Part shown: one piece after another, positions 57,522 through 64,000 of the stretch
Numbering within the stretch: position 1 is the stretch's first letter
How the letters are laid out: the number at the start of each line of letters is the position of its first letter
Assembly: GCA_016871805.1 (NCBI GenBank)
Contig: VHCG01000009.1
Location: forward strand, 6,545-70,544
Direction of reading: 5' to 3'
Source of the DNA: Verrucomicrobiota bacterium
GTDB lineage: Bacteria > Verrucomicrobiota > Verrucomicrobiia > Limisphaerales > UBA9464
DNA: 64,000 bases
The notes under the pieces: generated by a model
Told to the model about the DNA's origin: nothing
Seen by the model: only the letters and a program-made list of their open reading frames with translations
Database searches by the model: none
Position numbers and translations under genes: made by a program

Positions 57522-57887
57522 ATGCCGACCAATGTCCTCGGGCAAGAACTGAAGCCCTGCTGCCAGGATCCGATGACGGGATTCTATCGGGATGGGTTCT
57601 GCAGGACGGGGGCGGGTGACGTCGGGTTGCACACGGTCTGCGCCCAGGTGACGGGTGATTTCCTGGAGTTCTCGCGTCGTATGGGCAACGACCTGAGCAC
57701 GCCGCGCCAGGAATGGGACTTTCCGGGTCTTCGTCCGGGTGACCGCTGGTGTCTCTGCGTCAACCGGTGGCGGGAGGCGCTCGAGGCGGGCAAAGCGCCG
57801 CCGGTGGTCCTCGAGTCCACGCACGAATCCGCACTCGAGTTTGTGGACCTCGAGGTCCTGCAACGCCACGCCCTCTCCCGGTCATGA
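57522..57887 (+). CDS. DUF2237 family protein
   Basis: Sequence reads NVLGQELKPCCQDPMTGFYRDGFCRTGAGDVGLHTVCAQVTGDFLEFSRRMGNDLSTP...GDRWCLCVNRWREA. Confidence 0.8.
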   Translation: MPTNVLGQELKPCCQDPMTGFYRDGFCRTGAGDVGLHTVCAQVTGDFLEFSRRMGNDLSTPRQEWDFPGLRPGDRWCLCVNRWREALEAGKAPPVVLESTHESALEFVDLEVLQRHALSRS

Positions 57888-58654
57888 CCTCCGAGACGAC
57901 GGCGGAGCCGGCGCCCCTCGAGCCCGGGACGCTCTATCTTGTGGCGACGCCCATCGGCAACCTCGAGGACATCACTCTCCGGGCGCTTCGGGTGCTGCGG
58001 TCGTGCGACGTGGTCGCGGCGGAGGATACCCGCCGGACCGGACGTCTTCTCCAACACTTTGGGATCCAAAAGCCGTTGATTTCGTGCTTCCACTTCAACG
58101 AGGCACGGCGTGCTGGAGAGATCCTCGAACGGTTGCGGGATGGACGGACGGTGGCGCTGGTTTCGGATGCCGGATCGCCCGGCATCAGCGATCCCGGCGA
58201 ACGTGTCGTGGCCGCGGTCCGGTCCGCCGGCCTCCGGGTCGAACCGGTGCCCGGTGCCTGTGCCTTGGTGGCGGCACTCACCGCCAGCGGGCTCCCCACG
58301 GGGGAATTCCACTTCGTCGGCTTCCTGCCGGTGAAATCGGGCCAGCGTGCCCGTCGGCTTCAGGAGCTCGCCTCCCTGCCCGGGACATTGGTGGTCTACG
58401 AATCCCCCTACCGGATCACCCGGCTCGTGGACGAGCTTGCGGTGGCGCTTCCGGAGCGGGAGGTGGTTCTGGCCCGGGAGATCACCAAGCGTTTCGAGGA
58501 GTGGATCCGGGGTCGGCCGGCGGAGATCCAGTCCCAGCTTGCCCTCCGGCCGCGCAAGGGGGAGTTCGTCGTGATGGTTGGCCCAGTGCGGGAAGACGAG
58601 GCGGAGGAGCGGATTGGATCAGCGGACGCCCCTCCGGTGGCTGATTTGAGTTGA
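57884..58654 (+). CDS. rsmI: 16S rRNA (cytidine1402-2'-O)-methyltransferase
   Basis: ATG 57884 overlaps the DUF2237 stop (ATGA). The sequence has LYLVATPIGNLEDITLRALRVLRSCDVVAAEDTRRTGRLLQHFGI, SDAGSPGISDPG and VVYESPYR. Confidence 0.9.
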   Translation: MTSETTAEPAPLEPGTLYLVATPIGNLEDITLRALRVLRSCDVVAAEDTRRTGRLLQHFGIQKPLISCFHFNEARRAGEILERLRDGRTVALVSDAGSPGISDPGERVVAAVRSAGLRVEPVPGACALVAALTASGLPTGEFHFVGFLPVKSGQRARRLQELASLPGTLVVYESPYRITRLVDELAVALPEREVVLAREITKRFEEWIRGRPAEIQSQLALRPRKGEFVVMVGPVREDEAEERIGSADAPPVADLS

Positions 58655-58722
58655 GGATTGCGACGGGCCGGCGAGGCTCAGAATTAGTTCCGCCGGTCAA
58701 CGAGCGGAACATCCAACCCATC

Positions 58723-59169
58723 ATGTCCCTCCAAGAGAAACTCGTCGCCGAGCTCAAGTCCTCGATGCTCGCCAAGAATGCCGATCGGACCGCTGCCCTG
58801 CGGATGCTCAAGTCCGCCCTCGGCTACGCCCAGATCGAAAAGAAGACCGAGGTCCTGCCGGACGCCGACGTTGTGGCGCTGCTCCAGAAGGAGGCCAAGA
58901 AGCGACGGGACGCGATGGAGGAGTATGGCAAGGCCGGACGTGAAGACCTTGTCGCGAAGGAGAAGGGGGAGCTGGCTGTGGTCGAGGAGTTCCTTCCCAA
59001 GGCCCTGTCGGAATCCGAGATCGAGGCCCTGGTGCGGGCGGTGATTCAGGAGGTTGGCGCCACGAGCAAGAAGGAGATGGGAGCCGTCATGAAGGCCGCC
59101 CAGGCCAAGGCTGCCGGTCGGGCCGATGGGAAGACGCTGAGTCAGTGGGTGGGTCGGCTTCTGCCCTGA
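58723..59169 (+). CDS. GatB/YqeY domain protein
   Basis: ATG 58723 gives MSLQEKLVAELKSSMLAKNADRTAALRMLKSALGYAQIEKK...KEMGAVMKAAQAKAAGRADGKTLSQWV. Confidence 0.85.
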   Translation: MSLQEKLVAELKSSMLAKNADRTAALRMLKSALGYAQIEKKTEVLPDADVVALLQKEAKKRRDAMEEYGKAGREDLVAKEKGELAVVEEFLPKALSESEIEALVRAVIQEVGATSKKEMGAVMKAAQAKAAGRADGKTLSQWVGRLLP

Positions 59170-59326
59170 GCGGTTCCGTGGTCCCGCGGCGAGGCGTGCA
59201 TTCGCCCGTCGACGTCCAGCACGGGATACCGGCAATCCGCTCCCTGTGGCCTCGAAACCCTTGCCATCGGCGTGGGCTGCGGCTACACGAACCGCCGTTC
59301 CTCGTCACCTAACCAAAGGATTCATC

Positions 59327-60361
59327 ATGTCCAAGCACGCCTACCACGCCTCCATTGAAGGGGCCCAACACGGGGGCAAATCGCTGCCCCAGTTCCTCGA
59401 CTATGCCAAGGCCGCCGGCGCTGCCGGAGCCCAGCCCAGCAACTACATGCTGGGGAATGGCAACGGTGGCTTCCTCAAGGCCAAGGAGATCCGCGACATC
59501 TTCGGTTCCCGCGGGATGCGGATCGACGGCATCTCCTCCCATTGCCCATTCTGGGTGCATACGAGTGCCTGGACCGGCACGAAGTCGGGGCATCCATTCA
59601 TCCCGGCCGAGTTGCACTCGGCGAGTCCCGACAAGATCGAGAAATGGCATGAGACCTACATCCTGAAGCTGATGGATCTCGCAGCCGAGCTGGGCATCAA
59701 GAGCATGCCGATGTTCTGGGGCGTGGCCTTTGGCTGGGAGCTGGCGACGGGGTATCCGTGGGGATTCTGGGCCGGGCCCGGATACGATCTCCTCAAGGAG
59801 GGCCAGGAGCGTTTCGTGAAGAAGACGGCCAGGATCCGCAAGCAGGCCAACCAATTGGGGATCAAGCTGTGCCACGAGATCCATCCCGGCACAGGGGCCA
59901 TGTGCGCCGACGATTTCCTGATGCTCGTCCGGATCTGTGACAACGATCCCTGTCTGGCCGTGAATGCCGATCCGAGCCACTGCTGGGAGGGTGAGAGCTG
60001 GGAGTCGCGGTTCCTGAAGGTGGGTCCGTACATCTATGCGGCCCACGTGAAGAACTTCGTCATCCGGCCGGGATTCCCGCTCCGCGCGATGGAGCCCAAC
60101 TGGCCTCGTCGTGCGATGCAGTTCACCGACCTTGGCTCGGGGGACCTCAACATGCAGCGCTACGTCGAGCTGCTGCTGGCGGTGGGCTACAAGGATCGCT
60201 ACTGCAGGCTGCACAAGTGCGAGTCGGCGCCTTTGGTCGTCGAGGCGGAGTCCGCCCACAAGGAGCTGGATTTCTGCTCTGCGGACGGCATCCGGTACGT
60301 CGCCAACAACCTCTGCTGGCCCCAGGCCGCCGGGAGCTTCGAGGACGGCATGGGGGCCTGA
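59327..60361 (+). CDS. Sugar phosphate isomerase/epimerase (xylose isomerase-like TIM-barrel) family protein
   Basis: ATG 59327. I recognised the family by overall pattern (GISSHCPFWVH, KLCHEIHPGT, NADPSHC, AAHVKNF) rather than a strict motif. Confidence 0.65.
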   Translation: MSKHAYHASIEGAQHGGKSLPQFLDYAKAAGAAGAQPSNYMLGNGNGGFLKAKEIRDIFGSRGMRIDGISSHCPFWVHTSAWTGTKSGHPFIPAELHSASPDKIEKWHETYILKLMDLAAELGIKSMPMFWGVAFGWELATGYPWGFWAGPGYDLLKEGQERFVKKTARIRKQANQLGIKLCHEIHPGTGAMCADDFLMLVRICDNDPCLAVNADPSHCWEGESWESRFLKVGPYIYAAHVKNFVIRPGFPLRAMEPNWPRRAMQFTDLGSGDLNMQRYVELLLAVGYKDRYCRLHKCESAPLVVEAESAHKELDFCSADGIRYVANNLCWPQAAGSFEDGMGA

Positions 60362-60381
60362 TCCGGTCGTCAGCCCCAAGG

Positions 60382-60416
60382 AAAACGCCGATGCCCGTGA
60401 GGGCATCGGCGTTTTT
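60382..60416. terminator. Bidirectional intrinsic terminator between convergent genes
   Basis: AAAACGCCGATGCCC-GTGA-GGGCATCGGCGTTTT has an 11-bp GC core, extended by A4/T4-5 runs on both sides. It can therefore terminate the isomerase transcript (+) and the coiled-coil/mini-lipoprotein transcript (-). Confidence 0.85.
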
Positions 60417-60452
60417 GTCTTCCCATCCGACCCGGATCGGAATCCGAATCGA

Positions 60453-60599
60453 TCAGCGGCCTTCGTTCATCTGGGACGGGAGCCCCGTTTCCCAGGACTT
60501 GGGTGCGTTCCACGGACGCTCGGTCAGGCCGTCATCCGTCTTGCACCCGCTGAAAAGAATCACGATCAGCGTGAGGGCGGCGAGTAGGAAGAAGTGCAT
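60453..60599 (-). CDS. Small putative lipoprotein (48 aa), below the ORF-track size cutoff
   Basis: My own translation gives MHFFLLAALTLIVILFSGCKTDDGLTERPWNAPKSWETGLPSQMNEGR*. It has a hydrophobic signal and a lipobox-like FSGC. It lies 18 nt downstream of the coiled-coil gene on the same strand, and the bidirectional terminator follows it. Confidence 0.5.
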   Translation of the reverse strand: MHFFLLAALTLIVILFSGCKTDDGLTERPWNAPKSWETGLPSQMNEGR

Positions 60600-60617
60600 T
60601 GGCTGCGGGAATCGGGC

Positions 60618-61370
60618 TCAGAAGAGGATGGTATCACCAGCCTGGACCTCTGTGCCGGGCTGCTGCCACTTCGGGAGGAGGTTGGCGATGCTGCGGTTGG
60701 ACTCGACGGAGACGATGCGGGCCTTGCCGACCAGCTTGTCGCCGCGACGGACCATTACGATGCCGCGCTCTTTGGCGCCCTCGTTCTCGCCGACGTTGAG
60801 CACGAGAAACTTCCAGCGGGGATCGACCGCGGCCACCTGTCCCTTGAGCCCGGGCATCTCGATCGGGCGCTCGCGGCCCTGGAACGTGTCGAGGGCAGCC
60901 TGGAGCTTCTCGATGTTGCGCGTGAGGATGCGCTTCTCATCTGCAAGGACATCCTTGGCCTCGGAGGTGGCCTTGAGGTCGGAACGGAGTTGGGCGATCT
61001 GTTCGGGCTGGACACCCAAGGCGTTCCACGCGGCAAGGGCCTGCTGGGCCTCGTTCTTGTCGCGGGTGACCTTGGCCAAATCGTTCTGGAGGCGCTCGGC
61101 GCGACCCAGCTGTTGCTCGGCCTCGGTTTCGGCTTTCTCGCGGGCCGTCTTTGTCTCGGTCAGCTCCCGGGACGCCTTGTCGGCAATGGCTTTCTGGTTC
61201 TTGGCCTCGGCCTCGGCCTTGTTCTTGGCCTCCGTCGTCTGCGCGAGGCTGGCCTCGGTCGAGGTGAGGCGATCATTGAGGTCGACCACCTTGGGTTTGG
61301 TGTGGAATTCGCTGATGGCGAGCCCGCCGATAGAGACCAGCAAGGCGAGAATCAGGGCAAGACGGAGCAT
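60618..61370 (-). CDS. Membrane-anchored coiled-coil protein with a small C-terminal beta-rich domain (unknown family)
   Basis: N-terminal TM segment MLRLALILALLVSIGGLAI. About 150 aa of heptad-like A/E/K/Q-rich sequence follows. The C-terminus reads ...WKFLVLNVGENEGAKERGIVMVRRGDKLVGKARIVSVESNRSIANL...VQAGDTILF. Confidence 0.6.
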   Translation of the reverse strand: MLRLALILALLVSIGGLAISEFHTKPKVVDLNDRLTSTEASLAQTTEAKNKAEAEAKNQKAIADKASRELTETKTAREKAETEAEQQLGRAERLQNDLAKVTRDKNEAQQALAAWNALGVQPEQIAQLRSDLKATSEAKDVLADEKRILTRNIEKLQAALDTFQGRERPIEMPGLKGQVAAVDPRWKFLVLNVGENEGAKERGIVMVRRGDKLVGKARIVSVESNRSIANLLPKWQQPGTEVQAGDTILF

Positions 61371-61547
61371 GGTACAGAGAGTGGGCCGAAACGTTACGGG
61401 TGACGCTAAGGAGTTGGTTTTCGGGTGTCAACGTTCGGGAACCAAAGGGCGGGTCTACCCTATCCCCCAGGCCTGTCGACGTCGGGTTGAGGTCCCCGGG
61501 CTCGCCGCTGGCAGGTCCTTCGTGTGACGTGAGATTCGTTCCGTTGA

Positions 61548-62921
<1,374 letters not shown>

Positions 62922-62979
62922 GCTGCACTGCGATGTCCTGGAGTCCGGATCGAGACCAGCGAAGGGGGAGTCCAATCCG

Positions 62980-63714
62980 ATGAGCGTTGAATCCAAGTCC
63001 ATGGCCGCGCCGGGCCACAACATCCCGCAGCATGTTGCCATCATCATGGATGGCAATGGTCGCTGGGCCAAGGCTCGGCATCGCCCCCGCTTCGAGGGTC
63101 ATCGCATCGGCGCCCAGTCCGTCAGGGCCATCGTGAAGGCCGCCGGCGAACTCGGCATCAAGTACCTGACCCTCTACGCCTTCTCGGTGGAGAACTGGAA
63201 TCGGCCCCAGGACGAGGTCGACACCCTGATGAAGTATCTGGCTCGGTATCTGAAGACCGAGCTTGCCGAGCTTCAGCGCAACAATGTCCGTCTCGAGGCC
63301 ATCGGGCAGATTTGGCGTCTGCCCGAGTTCGTCCAAAAGCAGCTCGCCGAGACCCGGGCTGCGTTGTCGAAGAACAATGGACTCACCCTGATCATCGCCC
63401 TGAGCTACGGCGGTCGGACCGAGATCGTGGAGGCGGTCCGGGAGTTGGCCGAGAAGGTCAAGTCCGGCCGGCTCGAGCCTGCGGAGATCACCGGGCGGGG
63501 GGTGGCGGACCACCTCTACACCCGCCACTGGCCCGACCCCGACCTCCTGATCCGGACGAGCGGCGAGATGCGGGTCAGCAATTTCCTGCTGTGGCAGATC
63601 TCCTACGCCGAGTTTGTCATCACCCCGACGCTCTGGCCGGATTTCAGGAAGCCGCAGCTGGCCGAGGCCCTCGAGGAATACGCCCGACGCCATCGGCGGT
63701 TCGGGGGGGTCTGA
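62980..63714 (+). CDS. uppS: Isoprenyl transferase (undecaprenyl diphosphate synthase)
   Basis: Motifs are HVAIIMDGNGRWAK, LTLYAFSVENWNRP, IRTSGEMRVSNFLLWQ and YAEF. Confidence 0.93.
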   Translation: MSVESKSMAAPGHNIPQHVAIIMDGNGRWAKARHRPRFEGHRIGAQSVRAIVKAAGELGIKYLTLYAFSVENWNRPQDEVDTLMKYLARYLKTELAELQRNNVRLEAIGQIWRLPEFVQKQLAETRAALSKNNGLTLIIALSYGGRTEIVEAVRELAEKVKSGRLEPAEITGRGVADHLYTRHWPDPDLLIRTSGEMRVSNFLLWQISYAEFVITPTLWPDFRKPQLAEALEEYARRHRRFGGV

Positions 63715-63721
63715 ACCGGGT

Positions 63722-64000
63722 TCAGGGGGTCTGTCGCACCGCGGCGATGAGATAGAGGATTCCCCCGAGGGCCACGGCGATTGAGCCTCCGGATCGTATC
63801 GTCGCGGCCACCCCGAGACCCCAGCGGGATCGCCCCGAGCGGAGCATTCCCCAAGCCGGTACCCCGAGGCTCACATGGCCGATCTCGACCCCGAGGCAGA
63901 ATGCACCAATCGCGAGGGTGACGTGCCATCCTGATGTCGTTCCCAGCACCTCGCCGAGTCCTCCTGCAAACCCAAGGCCGTGGACGAGCCCGAATCCGAA
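63722..64000 (-). CDS. HupE/UreJ-type membrane protein; N-terminal part lies beyond the window end
   Basis: The minus-strand frame is open to the window edge and reads FGFGLVHGLGFAGGLGEVLGTTSGWHVTLAIGAFCLGVEIGHVSLG... The hydrophobic sequence and HG-GFA motif are typical of the HupE/UreJ_2 family. The track only shows the last 75 aa. Confidence 0.55.
   Translation of the reverse strand, partial: FGFGLVHGLGFAGGLGEVLGTTSGWHVTLAIGAFCLGVEIGHVSLGVPAWGMLRSGRSRWGLGVAATIRSGGSIAVALGGILYLIAAVRQTP

Overview
The window is GC-rich bacterial chromosome with dense coding on both strands. I did not compute GC content. I support about 55 protein genes, one tRNA-Phe(GAA) and no rRNA or CRISPR. The gene families point to the PVC superphylum, most likely Verrucomicrobiota. 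These are a DUF1501 plus DUF1549/DUF1553 'planctomycete cytochrome' pair, an H-X9-DG prepilin-like protein, a Cys-type sulfatase and Ig-repeat surface proteins.

Most of the window is housekeeping:
- Amino-acid, cofactor and nucleotide metabolism: lysC, panC, nadB, trpF, ubiE/menG, moeA, speA, purA.
- Methyl cycle: metK-ahcY.
- Envelope: kdsD, bamA-skp, uppS and envelope glycosyltransferases.
- Translation and RNA: rsmI and an ABC-F ATPase.

Roughly 32.2-50.5 kb is more accessory. It carries sulfatase, DUF1501/DUF1553 and GH30 genes, DUF1080 and Gfo/Idh/MocA genes, two large unknown secreted proteins, and two mobile-element relics.

I found no clear-cut new multi-gene system such as a defence island. 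The observations most worth follow-up are:
1. A shared C-terminal module ending in F-Y-R-V on four otherwise unrelated secreted proteins.
2. An orphan intrinsic terminator 26 nt upstream of purA, which could be an attenuator, riboswitch or sRNA.
3. An Rpn-family nuclease gene split by one in-frame TAG from its DUF4351 tail.
4. A REP-like palindromic element present twice.
5. A prfC gene reduced to its C-terminal half, lying in frame behind an esterase gene.

Many long ORFs in the supplied track are antisense or alternate-frame shadows typical of GC-rich DNA, and I rejected them. All homology calls come from motif recognition by eye. No database search was run.
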